Shown here: one piece after another, positions 39,701-53,423 of the stretch
How positions within the stretch are numbered: the stretch's first letter is position 1
How the letters are laid out: each line of letters opens with the position of its first letter
From: Octopus vulgaris
Lineage: Eukaryota
Length of the DNA: 64,000 nt
Reading direction: 5' to 3'
Assembly: GCA_951406725.2 (NCBI GenBank)
Contig: OX597826.1
Span: 30,008,001 to 30,072,000, forward strand
Notes under the pieces: generated by a model
What the model saw: the letters and a program-made list of their open reading frames with translations, nothing else
The model's database searches: none
Told to the model about the DNA's origin: nothing
Made by a program: the position numbers and the translations under genes

Positions 39701-39840
39701 TCCGTCTACCAAATGCACTTACAAGGCATTGGTTGGCCCGAGGCTAGAGTAGAAGACAGTTGCCCAAGTTACCACGCAGTGGGACAGAACCTGGAACCAT
39801 GTGGCAGGGAAGCAAGCGTCTTACCACATTGCCACTCCTA

Positions 39841-39843
<3 letters not shown>
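39701..39843 (-). mobile_element. SINE family A head, inverted relative to 39430
   Basis: Reverse complement of the family A head, ending ccactcctacgc. Confidence 0.85.
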
Positions 39844-39891
<48 letters not shown>

Positions 39892-40501
39892 TTGTGAGTG
39901 TGTGTGACTTGACAGCCGGTGTTGTACTGTTTACGTGTCTGTAACGGTTCGGTTGATAAGTGACTAATGGAATAAATATCAGGTTTAAAAGATAAGTACG
40001 AGTGCTGATTTGTTCAACTAAAATGTTTAAAGACATTGTCCCAACATGGCCGCAGTTCAATGACCGAAACAAGTAAAAGAGCAAGGTGTATGAGTGCATG
40101 TGAGCGTGTGTGTATGTATGCACTTATTCATTTCTATATATTTGAAATATATTCTTTGAGGCATTGTGTTCCCGACAACAAAGCAAAAACGTGCACTATA
40201 ACCATTGACTGAAGAATCGACTATGAGGAAACTATAAGTTGTAAACAAAGAATATTTCATATGTTTAATATAAAATATATAACAAAAATGTTATAGATAT
40301 AACGATGAATTGAAGATGGATTCCATTTACTCCGCGGACTTAGTCTTAGGTAAAGATTTCGGTGAGTAAATTCAAATGATTTAAGCGTTACAAAGTGTTT
40401 TCTATGCTGAGCATCACTAGATTTCATAAGTTGGCACTATAAATAAATAAATAAATAAATAAATAAATATATATATTTATATATATATATTTATTTATAT
40501 A

Positions 40502-40572
<71 letters not shown>

Positions 40573-41528
40573 AAGTACGTATGTATGTATTTATGTGCAT
40601 ATGTATGTTTCTTTGTAGCTATGTTTATATATTTATACATGTACGCAATCGTTTGAGTCAGTACATTAGCTGTATATGTATACATATACATGCATACATA
40701 CATATATAGTTACATGCATACGTATGCATCAATATTTATCTAGTGACCTGTATATATATAAATATACATACTAATTCATAAACATATATATATACACACA
40801 TATAGATACATATGTCTACATGTTTCACAGATATATTTATGTATCAATATGTGCGTTCATGTTGTCATGTAAAACACGTCCTTTATGTGTTGTTATCATG
40901 TTTAACGTGATACTAACTTCCGGCAGCCATGACAGTTTTCGATGCTCTTTGTTTCATTCGTGTTGTTTGTTTTTGTTAGTGTCCATTTTTTTCCTATTTT
41001 CATGTCATTTATTTTCCTTTGTTTAACACTTCTTCAGAAATTTTGAGTTTCTCCTATTGTTGAATGTGTTGCTATATTTGTCATCATTCAGTGAGCTGGC
41101 AGAAACGTTATCATGATGGGAAAAACGGATTAGTACCATTTTTTCCTACTTTACGCTCTGGGATCAAATGCCACCGGGCTCGACCTTGTCTTATATCCTT
41201 TCGAGGTCGATAAAATAAGTGTCAATTAATCACTGCGTTCGATGTTGCTATATGTATGATTGTCATTATTACAAATATATTCGTTATCATCGTCGAATTT
41301 ATGAAAATCCAATCTTTGTAGGCACATTCTCCACACTTGCCTTTACCGTAACCAAAACACAACATTGTTTTTGCTATAGACACTCATTTTCCGTGATTAC
41401 TCTCTTCTACCCACGCGTTCGCACGCATATATGCACATACATAATCTATATCTCTAAGTATGCATGCGTCTATGTGTGCATGTATATGCGTATGTGTTTG
41501 TAGCATGGAATAGTAGTGAATATATATA

Positions 41529-41996
41529 TATATTGTATAGAGGGCATTATTACACATAAATGCCACACGCCGAGAGGGACATAAGTCATTACTACCAAAA
41601 TTTTAACTAATCATACCTAATGCAGTTTCTGAAGCAAGACATTTAAAAAACTGAATTTAGTTCTATATCACCTGTGATTTCGCAATTAACGTATCAATTA
41701 ACGTATTTGATACGTTAATTGCGAAATCACAGGTGATATAGAACTAAATTCATTTTTTTAAATGTCTTGCTTCAGGAACTGCATTAGGTATGATTAGTTA
41801 AAATTTTGGTAGTAATGACTTATGTCCCTCTTGGCGTGTGGCATTTATGTGTAATAATGCCCTCTATACAATATAAATAAATATTTTCAAGTGAAAAAAT
41901 TATTTTCGAATTTTTTCTCTTATGAGGTTTTTCACGCTAACTACCTGATAATTTCTTGTTAAGATTCCTTATTAAGATTTTAGCCTTAATTGTTAA

Positions 41997-41999
<3 letters not shown>
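41529..41999 (+). mobile_element. Foldback element with an approximately 169-bp inverted duplication containing the 3' half of an HHR fold
   Basis: Arms 41529-41697 and 41707-41875 with a 9-bp spacer, then an unpaired extension to (TA)n. Reads caattaacgtat-ttg-atacgttaattgc-GAAA-TCAC-ag-GTGA-TA. Confidence 0.85.
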
Positions 42000-42053
<54 letters not shown>

Positions 42054-42092
42054 CACCTACATATGTATAGGTGTGTACGTGTGTGTGTGTGT

Positions 42093-42515
42093 GCAACTGT
42101 GGAATTTATGTGAGCTGTCAACTGGATGTCAACTGTTTGACAAAGTCGATAGTATACAGCACCAAGGTTGAGTCAGATAGCTGTGGTGATCCTAACATTG
42201 TATTGCGGCAACAAAAAGTCATATTCAAAAACCGTTGTTTCAAGCACAAACGCTCGTTTGTCATCGCAGATGGAAAGAATGCTACAACTTTGTTAAAATT
42301 TAAATGGTCCTTGTTTGAGAAATGTCCTGACGAATTCAAAATAACCTGGTCTATTGTAGATAGTGTCCAACCATACAGGAACAGGAACTTCAAATCGAAG
42401 ATGTGACTTTTGAGCGAAAAATTGAGAACTCTGGTTTCAAGGCAGTAATAGTTTGGACAAAAGAACCGAGCTGTTAATGCCTTGTACACATACGGCTAAG
42501 TACCATTTGTATGTA
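42093..42515 (+). pseudogene. GIY-YIG endonuclease relic of a second PLE clade (CxCx5C type, possibly Hydra-like)
   Basis: CNCGIYVSCQLDVNCLTKSIVYSTKV...FKNRCFKHKRSF...NATTLLKFKWSL...ITWSIVDSVQPY...SEKL...LDKRTELLMPCTHTAKY. Starts directly at (TG)n. Confidence 0.75.
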
Positions 42516-43256
42516 AATTCAGGCCTCCTTGATTTTTGTTCTGGTTCAAATGAAACATCGGTTTCGAAATTGCTAGGCTGTAGTTTCATTAATATATGCT
42601 GTAATATGCGTCGGTGCGTACCTATGTGTGTGTTTGTGAATGCATAAATAGATAATTCTATGTATACATATATATATATACATACATCTGTGTGAGTGTG
42701 TGTGTGCATGAGTGTACATAAGTGTATAGTCATGCATTTGCATAGGCGTATGCAAAATGAACACCCACATACACCCTCACTGTTTTTAAAAACATTAATT
42801 AAATGTGTTGCTTCAAAGTATTAATTTAGAATATTAATTAAAGAGCAACATAATTTCAAGACTTCGTTTCTATAGAGCTTAAGACGTTTAAAATGATTTT
42901 ACCACGGGAACCCGAAATGAAATCAAAAGCGTTTGAAGCAGCCGTTTTTGCACGTCTTTTTCACAAAGATTTTTAAACAAAAGGTTAAGCGCTTTCTTCA
43001 GAGCTTCATTCCATATTTCAAAGAATATTCAAGCAGTGAATGTTTCAAAAGAAAAGCAGGCTCGGTTTGCTAACTGATGATCGGAAATGAGTAACTCTGA
43101 GTACCGGAAATCAGAGCCTTTCACTTATAATATATTAAACAGTATTCCCCATTTGTATTGAGTCCTGTAATTTGTCATTACTCGCCACTCAGCAGCTATT
43201 ATACAAACATACATACATACATAAATTAATAGACAGATAGTTAGATAGATAGAAAG

Positions 43257-43316
<60 letters not shown>

Positions 43317-43917
43317 GTACGAACGTATGTATGCAGCTATTTATTTTATGCAGTATATAATTCCTGGTGTTTGAATTATTTATTTGCGTATTTGTAGCAT
43401 TTTAATTATTCCCATGATATATATTAAAATTAAGATTGCTTCCGTCCTCACTCATCGTATCCTAATTATCTCGGCCTCCGTTTCAAAATATTTATATTTG
43501 GATAATTACACATTTATTTTCGTTTTTTTCTTCTCTGTCAGAGACATCTTATCGTCTTTTTCAAAGTTATACATGAGTTAAGAGAAATATTTCTTCAAGG
43601 ATATAATCGTTGTCTCATCCAGCAAACTCAGGTCTTTTACCTTCATTTCTTTGTTTTATAGCGCGCGCACACACACATGTATGCATATATCTATACATTT
43701 GTAGTGATTACTAATAAATGTGCCTCTGTACTCCTTCTTCTTGACTCCAACTTATTCAATCATCCATTCACACACTACAGAAGCCCCAACACAGATCTGG
43801 GAGTACGTATAATACTACTGCTGGATAGCAAAGGGTGAAATGTGAAAATCGACCAGCTTTATACTGTACTCTACTACGTTCTTAACAGAATATAAGCTAT
43901 ATATATATATATATATA

Positions 43918-44075
43918 GGTACAGGAGTGACTGTGTGGTAAGTAGTTTGCTTACCGACCACATGGTTCCGGGTTGAGTCCCTCTGCGTGGCACCTTGGGC
44001 AAGTGTCTTCTACTATAGCCTCGGGCCGACAAAAGCCTTGCAAGTGGATTTGGGAAAATGAACGAAGCCTGTCGT
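43918..44075 (+). mobile_element. SINE family A head
   Basis: caggagtgactgtgtggtaagtagtttgcttaccgaccacatggttccgggttgagtccc...caccttgggcaagtgtcttctactatagcctcgggccgac. Confidence 0.88.
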
Positions 44076-44089
44076 ATGTATGCATGTAT

Positions 44090-44159
<70 letters not shown>

Positions 44160-44192
44160 ATATATTTGTGTGTCTGTGGTCATACCTCCACC

Positions 44193-44256
<64 letters not shown>

Positions 44257-44435
44257 AGTGTTACATACGAAATTAGGAGGAATGGCCACTAAAGTGGACA
44301 CCTAATATGCTAAACATAGACGTCAAATCGCCATTACCACGAAGAATGTGTTCTCAAGAAAAAATCTCAGCAAAACGCCAAAATGTAAAAGTGAGCAAGA
44401 CAAATGAAAATATATGAAATAAAAAAGACGCTTAT

Positions 44436-44509
44436 CTACGTACCAATGGTTTCACTTGTTAATATCTACGTATGCAAACACACAGATATTTGGAAGATTG
44501 TCAGCATAG
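44436..44509 (-). ncRNA. HHR-like fold with extended stem II, inside an approximately 540-bp island flanked by (TA)n (44257-44797)
   Basis: CTATG-CTGACAA-tctt..aatatct-gtgtg-tttg-catac-gt-agatatt..aagt-GAAA-CC-att-GG-TA-CGTAG. Stems I, II and III all pair; position 8 is A. Confidence 0.6.
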
Positions 44510-44789
44510 TCTGTCGCTTACAAAACCCAATTTCCAGAACTAGATACAGAACGCTCAACCGAAAACGAGCATGTATGAAGTTCTACATATTATATTTGGG
44601 TGTATTTTTTAAATGGCGCGCTGAGGCCGGAAATTACTCTGAAGTTAATAAATTTCAGCAGCAAATTTACCGGTTAGAGAACATTTTTTAAAATTTTAAA
44701 TCAAATAATAAGGGTAAAAATTGATGAACATTTTAAATATGTTAAACCACTGGTTTTAATTGATTAATATCAATTTCTACCCTTATTAT

Positions 44790-44853
<64 letters not shown>

Positions 44854-45054
44854 TACATACAGCTGGGAGAAAATGTAGTTATACTTAATAGGAGTAAAAT
44901 GCTCTTTTCATATCTCTATTTCTTTTGAACCCAAGCGATTTATAAGGCGACTAAGTGATCTGCGAACATAGAACCATAGAATTCTTGTCCTAAAAAATAA
45001 ATAAAAAAATGAAAAGCACATTCAACACATATTAAGCAAATGAATATCTATTTT

Positions 45055-45573
45055 TGGCGGAATTTGAACTCAGAACGTAATAACAAACGAAATACCTGTT
45101 TCTTTATTACCCACAAGGGGCTAAACATAGAGGGGACATAGAAGAACAGACAAACGGATTAAGTCGATTACATCGACCTCAGTGCGTGACTGGTACTTAA
45201 TTTATCGACCCCGAAAGGATGAAAGGCAAAGTCGACCTCGGCGGAATTTGAACTCAGAACGTAACGGCAGACGAAATACGGCTACGCATTTCGCCTGCTT
45301 GCTAACGGTTCTGCCAGCTCGCCGCCCTAACAACCTAAATATTCTTTTCTACTCTAGGCACAAGGCCCCAAAATTTGGGAGAAGTGGGTGGGGGAGTCGA
45401 TTAGATCGACCTCAATACGCAACTGGTACTTAATTTGTCGAATCCGAAAGGATAAATGGCAAAGTGACTCATCAACAGTATTTGAACTCAGAATGTAAAG
45501 ACAGACGAAATACCGCTAAAAATTTCGCCCGGCGTGCCAACGCTTCTGCCAGCCTGCCGCCATAATAATAATG

Positions 45574-45626
<53 letters not shown>

Positions 45627-45767
45627 CATTTTGCCCAGCGTGCTAACGTTTCTGCCAGCTGACCGCTTAATAATAATAATAACAGCAACAACAACAACAA
45701 CAACAACAACAATAATAATGATAATAATAATGAAGATGATTATAACAACGACAACAACAACAACAAT

Positions 45768-45802
<35 letters not shown>

Positions 45803-46162
45803 CTAATAATAATAATAATAATAATAACAAGCATTTCGTCCAATGTGCTAACGTTTCTGCCAGCTCACCGCCTTATGGTTAAATATTATTAGTAATTGTA
45901 TAAAAATAATTAAAGTATTTTGTGAATTGCGGAAGTATAACCGATTTATTGGTTTCATATTTTGGCACAAGGCCAGGAATTTCGGGCGAGGGGATAAGTC
46001 GATTACACAGAACCAAGTATTCAACTGGTACTTATTTTATCGACCCCGAAAGGATGAAAGGCGAAGTTGACCTCGGTGGAATTTGAACTCAGAACGTAAA
46101 GACGGATGAACTGCCGCGAAGCATCTTGTCCATCGAGCTAATAATGCTACCAGCTCGCTGCC
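45055..46162 (-). mobile_element. Cluster of co-oriented SINE family B copies and head fragments with (AAT)n/(AAC)n
   Basis: Copies at about 45100-45328, 45342-45560 and 45955-46162. Fragments at 45055-45095, 45628-45670 and 45830-45875. Confidence 0.85.
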
Positions 46163-46679
46163 ATTGTGTAACAAATTCATTGCAGATAATCTTTAACGAA
46201 CAAAATCGTAAATGGACCCCACTCCAAGGTTCGTGCAGACCCTGGTTCAGAGCCACCGGTCTTTCACCGTATCAATGGCAGAAAGGTGGTGTGAGTAATT
46301 CAGGACCTGTAGGGGCGGGAGGGGGGTGGTCACCGTTTGATTCCCCAGGTTTCATCATTTCCATTCTTTTGCGTTAATGTCTATTCTTACAGTTGTTGTT
46401 TAGTAAATGGGAGACTGTAAAACGCACCGTCCGTGCAGTTAGGTTTTGTAAAGATTGTTATACGTTTCGACTTACTAAATCATCATCATCGTCAGCAGCA
46501 GCAGAAGGTGCAGCAGTAGTAGTAGCAGCAGTAGCAATTATGAAGTCTAATGAAAGATTAGTTTTCTATCTATTATACAGTGATGAATAAGGACATCAGA
46601 GAGAAATTAATATTGCCTCCCACCCCCGACACTAAAATTAACATATCTATCAAGGAATCAACGTCTACACACGCATGCC

Positions 46680-46728
<49 letters not shown>

Positions 46729-47528
46729 GTATGTATGTATATATATATGTGTGTGTGTGTGTGCATATATATATACATACATATATATATATGTATATAT
46801 ATGTATATACATGTATATATATGTATGTATATATATATGTATGTGTATATATATGTGCATATATACATACATACGTATACATATATACATACACATATAT
46901 AAAAAATACATCCAAACATATATATATGCATATAAATACACATATATAAACATATGCACATACACACACACAAATATATATGTACATATATACATAGACA
47001 CATATAAACATATATATATATATATGTATATAGACACTTATATATACATATATATACACATATATTCACACATATACGTATATATATATATACACACACA
47101 CACATACACATATATATATATATACATACATACATAAACACAAACTCACACACACATACATGCATGTATATATTTATATATACACAGTTATACTGCATGC
47201 GCATACACACATGAACACCTATATATTTAAGAAAATATGTATGGACATCTCTCTCTCTCTCTCTCTCTCGCTCTGTATATATTTATTTGGATATCGCACT
47301 CTCGCCTGACTTTGTTATATATTGTTTTTGAACACTCTACATCTTTAAAGCGACTTCCCATGAACAAAACACCGCAGCCAAACTGCACTTACAAATGCTC
47401 ATACATCAAGCATATGACATCGATAATGTTTGCGTTATAAGCTGCTTCAATCTCAGTATATATACATATATGCATAGACACACACATATATATATGTAAG
47501 TATGTGTGTATATATACATATACATATA

Positions 47529-47577
<49 letters not shown>

Positions 47578-47624
47578 ATATGCATATATTATATGATGTA
47601 TATAAATATATATGCCTACACAGA

Positions 47625-47840
47625 GAGGTGGCGAGCGGGCAGAATCGTTTGCACGCCAGATAAAATGTTCAGCGGTCTTTGTTCGTCTTTACGTTCTGAG
47701 TTCAAGTTCCGTCGAGGTCGACTTTACCTTCCATCCTTTCGGAGTGGTTTAAATAAGTACCAGTTGAACACTGGGGTCTATGTAGTCGATTTATGCCCTA
47801 CTCTACTATTGCAGGCTTGGTGCCAAAATTTGAAGCCAAT
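47625..47840 (+). mobile_element. SINE family B
   Basis: ggtggcgagcgggcagaatcgtt...tgagttcaagttccgtcgaggtcgacttt...aataagtaccagttg. Further copies at 41090-41250, 51473-51670, 56835-57045 (-) and 57165-57375 (-). Confidence 0.8.
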
Positions 47841-47918
47841 ATTTTTACGTAAATGTCGAACAATGAGAATGACTGCTCAACACAGCATTGGTGGATGAAA
47901 TTTCTTTATACGTGTATT

Positions 47919-47970
47919 AAGGTACCATTGGTTTCATGTTAAGGAAATTATCCTAACAATTTGTCAAGCC
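47919..47970 (-). ncRNA. HHR-like motif with U3:A8 core (single-arm homologue of 554-774)
   Basis: ggc-TTGACAA-attgttagga-taatt-tccttaacat-GAAA-CC-aat-GG-TA-cctt. Stem I is weak. Confidence 0.5.
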
Positions 47971-48687
47971 GATTACACGGAAGAATGGCGTTGGTCTCAC
48001 TTTAATTTTCATATACGTATGCAACTATTTTCGTGTGTGATGACCTATTTAGAAACAATAATGTTTTTTAATAACAGTTCTTTCCTTAATTTCGAGCATC
48101 TTCTGCCCCCTCTTGTATGGATACCCCACCTCCGTTATTCTTTCTATTCCTTCATCTCTTCCTTTCTTTCCTTCTCTCCCCTTTAATCCTCTTCGAAACC
48201 ATCATTTCTCTTCCACATTTCCTCTTTGTTTATCTTTCACTCGCCTTATATTGTTTCTTATTTCCGTCCTTTACTTTCCTCCCACCGGAAAATAGTATGA
48301 ACTTTTTTTAGATCGTTCAATCTTTCTCAACCAATCAATGGAGCGATCAAATAAACCAATCAATAACAAACCTACAATGACTACTGGAAACAACTCTAAG
48401 TCAAATTTACTGCAATAAAGAAAAAAATTGTAACGGCCATTATTTATGCCTTGTCTTGTATACCACTCTGTGTAAAAACCTGTATAACAGAAGCACAACC
48501 ATGGATTTACAATATGAAATGGTGATGAAGTATAAACTCGGATCTTACCACAAAAATACGCAGAGTTATAAACTAATCTAAACACTGTTGTTAGCCAGGT
48601 GCACTAACAATATTGTTAGCTTGGTGTACAGAATAAAGTAATCTCACTGGGTTGTTTAATCCCTCACAAATAACTCTGCTTTATATA

Positions 48688-49099
48688 TAGGGCAGCGGAC
48701 TCGCGGTCGTAGGATCGCGGTTTCGATTCCCACATATTGAGAGTGTTTATTGAGCGAAAACAACTAAAGCTCCACGAAGCTCCGGCAGGGAGTGGTGGTG
48801 AACCCTGCTGTATTCTTTCACCACTACTTTCTCTCACTCTTTCTTCGTGTTTCTGTTGTACCTGTATTTCAAAGGGCCCACGTGTCTGTGAAGTGCTCAG
48901 CCACTTGCATGTTAATAAATGAGCTGCGACGTCACTGGTGCCAAGCTGTAACGGCCCCTTTGCCTTTCCCTTGGATAACATCAGTGGTGTGGGCGACTGT
49001 TGGTCTTCCATAGACAACCTTGCCCAGAATTGTATTTCGAAGTGTAACTTTATAGGTGCAATCGCATGCTCATTCATGACCGAAGGGGGTCACAACAAC

Positions 49100-49110
<11 letters not shown>
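48688..49110 (+). mobile_element. tRNA-derived SINE family C
   Basis: agggcagcggactcgcggtcgtaggatcgcggtttcgattccc...aagctccacg..gctccggcag...actttctctcactctt, ending in (AAC)n. Confidence 0.8.
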
Positions 49111-49166
<56 letters not shown>

Positions 49167-49172
49167 ATGTGT

Positions 49173-49219
<47 letters not shown>

Positions 49220-49766
49220 CGTGTGTGCGTGTGTTTGTGTGTGTACGTTTATCGCCCCAGGAAGTAAAATAGTTATTGAAAAATGCAGATTCCCAAATTT
49301 ATTTCCGGTTCTAATTAATTAATTAATTTATTAATTAATATGTGCATGTTTATGAAGCCGAGCTCGAACCATCAGTTTTTTATGGTTTGGATACAAGAAT
49401 TCACTGTGAATCAGTTTTCCCTGAGAATAGGAATGGTGCCGGAATTTTCTTAAAAGAATTTATCCTAAAATATAGTGATTTCGTGTGATTTTGCTTATTT
49501 TCGGTATTAAATACCAGGTAAGGTGTGGTATTATTGCTGGCATCTATCCATCCATCCATCCATCTATCCATCCATCCATACATACATACATACATACAAA
49601 CATAAACACATACGCACATACAGACATACACACGTAAATAAATATATATATATTTATATATATATATATATAGATATATACATATACATATATGTATATT
49701 TATGTGTATATGTGTATATATATATAAATATATATATGTATCTATATATATCTACATATATATGTT

Positions 49767-49812
<46 letters not shown>

Positions 49813-50007
49813 TATGTTTATACACATATATATATATATATTTATCTATGTACATATATACGTATGTATATATATATATATATATATATATACATACACA
49901 TATATATACATGTATGCATAGATATATATTACGTATGAATTTATATATATTATTTACGTATGTATGTAAATATATATAGTATGTGTGTACGTACATATAT
50001 GTATATA

Positions 50008-50122
<115 letters not shown>

Positions 50123-50370
50123 ATACATATATATAATTCTTTTGTGTTACATAATCCGCAAGAAATTATATTGAACCAGAATGAAATGTTTGAGGAGGCA
50201 GATACACAAACTAACGAAGCAACAACGCAAACGGCAAGAAGCAACAAACAAAGGAATAACTATATAAAAATAAACCAAACAAATAATTTTATACTCTGTT
50301 AATAAACTAATCCCACGTATTTAATAATATATAACACCGATTCCAATAAAACAACAATAGGAACAATACA

Positions 50371-50372
<2 letters not shown>

Positions 50373-50440
<68 letters not shown>

Positions 50441-50476
50441 ATGATAATAATAATAATAATAATGATAATAATAATG

Positions 50477-50528
<52 letters not shown>

Positions 50529-50586
50529 TAATAATAATAATAATAATAATGATAATAATAATAATAATAATAATGATAATAATAAT
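50373..50586. repeat. (ACT)n(AAT)n microsatellite
   Basis: Directly visible. Confidence 0.97.
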
Positions 50587-51711
50587 CAAGAGTTTTCAAT
50601 ATATTATGTGAGGTATTTATCAATAACGCCAACGAAGAATACCTCTCTCGTATAATGTCTTTGATTTCTTTTTTGATTTCTTGCAAGAAAACAATGTGTG
50701 CCAATATTCTTGAATTGTACGTTGAAGAATCTCTCATTATATAAATATTCCAATATCCACATTGCTTCAGAAATACCACAGAAACAAAACAAAGCAACAA
50801 CAACAAAATTCAATTCGCAAAACATTTAATCTTCGATTTAGCATCAACCAAATATCATCGGTGATTATTTTCATTTCATATAACATTTTAGTTTAACCAT
50901 AGAAAAAAAAATTCAATTCGAAATATTATATATAAAATGAGGTTATTGCTTTTCGTATTAAAATAAAACGTTCTTTCATATTTGCAGTCATTTTATTTTA
51001 TTTTATTTTTTTTCCCGTTTTTGGAATTTATATTTATCGACTTTCTTTGGAGAAGTTCCTTAAAAGGTTTCTAGATGACAGGTAAGATTCATTGGACCTC
51101 TTCTCCGTAAAACACACTTTTTTATATATCCTTTTTGTTACCTTTTCGTTGCTGTTAATGCTTTGCTTTATAGAAACAGCAAGTTAGATGTTTCATTGTC
51201 GATGTTACACATGAGTAGCAATGGTATATCGTATATGCCGGTGAATAAGACAAGTCTTTTTGTTCTTAAATGCAATAAGATATTGCCATGCATTTTTATG
51301 GATGGGATACCTAATATATAAGTGTATGATGAAGCATATTAATTTCTTCTTTCTATATGATATACTTTTTCCTACAAAAATGTATCGGTTTGTCTTATGC
51401 GTAAGTGCGACTCACACACCAGCAAAAACGGTACTTAATTATTATTATTCATATATTTGTTGTAATTTCTGTTAAGGCGACGAGCTGGCAAAACTGTTAG
51501 CAAGTATTTCGTCCATTTTCATATCCTGATTTCAAATTCTGTCGAGGTCAAATCTCTCTTTCATTCTTTGGAGGTCAATAAAATAAGTACCAGTTAAACA
51601 CTGGACTGGCTGTAATCGATTTAACTCTCTTCCTTAAAATTTCATGCCTTGTGCCAATTGTAGAAATTATTATTATTATTGTTGTTGTTGTTATCATCAT
51701 CATCATCATCA

Positions 51712-52040
<329 letters not shown>

Positions 52041-53193
52041 CATTATCATTGTTATTATTATTATTATCATGCAGATTGCAGCCAGTTGACATAACCATAC
52101 CAGAGCACCATGTTATGAGTGTCAGCAAACACACTGGTGCAAGCGTGTGAACACATATGCTGTGATTTAGATTCAGCGAACTAAACACCACGTCGATGCC
52201 GGTCAGGGTTTGTTTGCCTCTGTGTCTCAGAGTTCATGCAGGGGGTGAAGGTAAGAGGCATGAGTACCGTTAGCTTCCTTGGACAGCATGTTCTGATAAA
52301 GCAACAGACGAAGAACGGATTTGTCGCTTCACTAGCTATATACTTCTCTCAGTTGCTCGACCGACTGCAATAACACAGTTTCCATAATGTAGCATAGCCA
52401 AATTCGAAGATGGCACACTGCCCTATGACTTATGAAATACTCGTATCAATATAACTAGTACATGGAACAATAACACGGAGCTAATGGAATGGCAGAACAT
52501 TGTCAATGGAACTGAAGAATTTGGTCAGTAGAACAATATTATCTAGTTAATTAAATTATTCTCTTCCGCTACTGAAGCAATAATTACCGCTTAATTAAGC
52601 AACATTTCTAATTAACCACAATACAATAAAACTAACAATTTTTACGAGTCAAATAAGAAACCGCTTCATGGTCTATTAATTTGCCCGAAACAGCAGCCAA
52701 ATGCTCCCCGAATCACACATACAGTATTTAATAAGGAAAAGTATATATGAGATAATGTAGTTAGAGAAATAGTAGATGGGACGGTCATGGTTGAAATGCA
52801 TTTGATCAAACGTTTGCTTTCTGAGCGCTGATCCAGAGGGTGAAGAATGATGTCTATAGTTTCTTATACAAAGTTTCTGATATCCGAGTCATTGAATACA
52901 ATGCACATCGACTGATATTTCGATTCCAGTTTGGGTAAATTTCGTTCCAGATAACCTTTAGTAAAATTAACAATCGTAACTGAAATATAACTGGTATTAG
53001 TTTTATCAGCCTTAGAGGGATTTCTCTATGATGAAGGATACATTTCGTTGTAGCTTGATTAGGATTCGAATCTACCCAGGATGAAAACATAGTGAAGAAT
53101 TTAGTCTGACGTTTTACTATATTGGCCATTTGAAGAGACTTGCTGGAGCTAGAATCGTTGGTACTGGGGTCGAATCCCATCCCCATAGCTACA

Positions 53194-53260
<67 letters not shown>

Positions 53261-53423
53261 CCCGGATATTACAAACTTTTATAAGAAACTATAGACATTA
53301 TATGTATATAATGTATGTATATCATTGTTCAGTTTTATTTCAAGATTTCTTGCCAATAAAGAAAGAGCCGGTTTCTAACCTAGATCCAAGGCTCCTTCTT
53401 TGGAATTTCAACAAAGTCAACAA

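Noticed and set aside
42400-42415. TGA near expected Cys residues as possible selenocysteine, as in some Naiad PLEs
   Set aside because: Better explained by a small deletion or frameshift in a decayed copy. Other stops (TAA, TAG) follow and no SECIS was recognised.
43074-43120. CTGATGA...CCG-GAAA-TC as a hammerhead
   Set aside because: No stem III and no adjacent stem I pairing could be drawn.
53340-53420. gaaaccggctctttc repeat (also about 21470-21530) as an HHR
   Set aside because: It has a GAAACCGG half but no NUGANNA core at the right distance in either copy. Kept only as an unclassified repeat.
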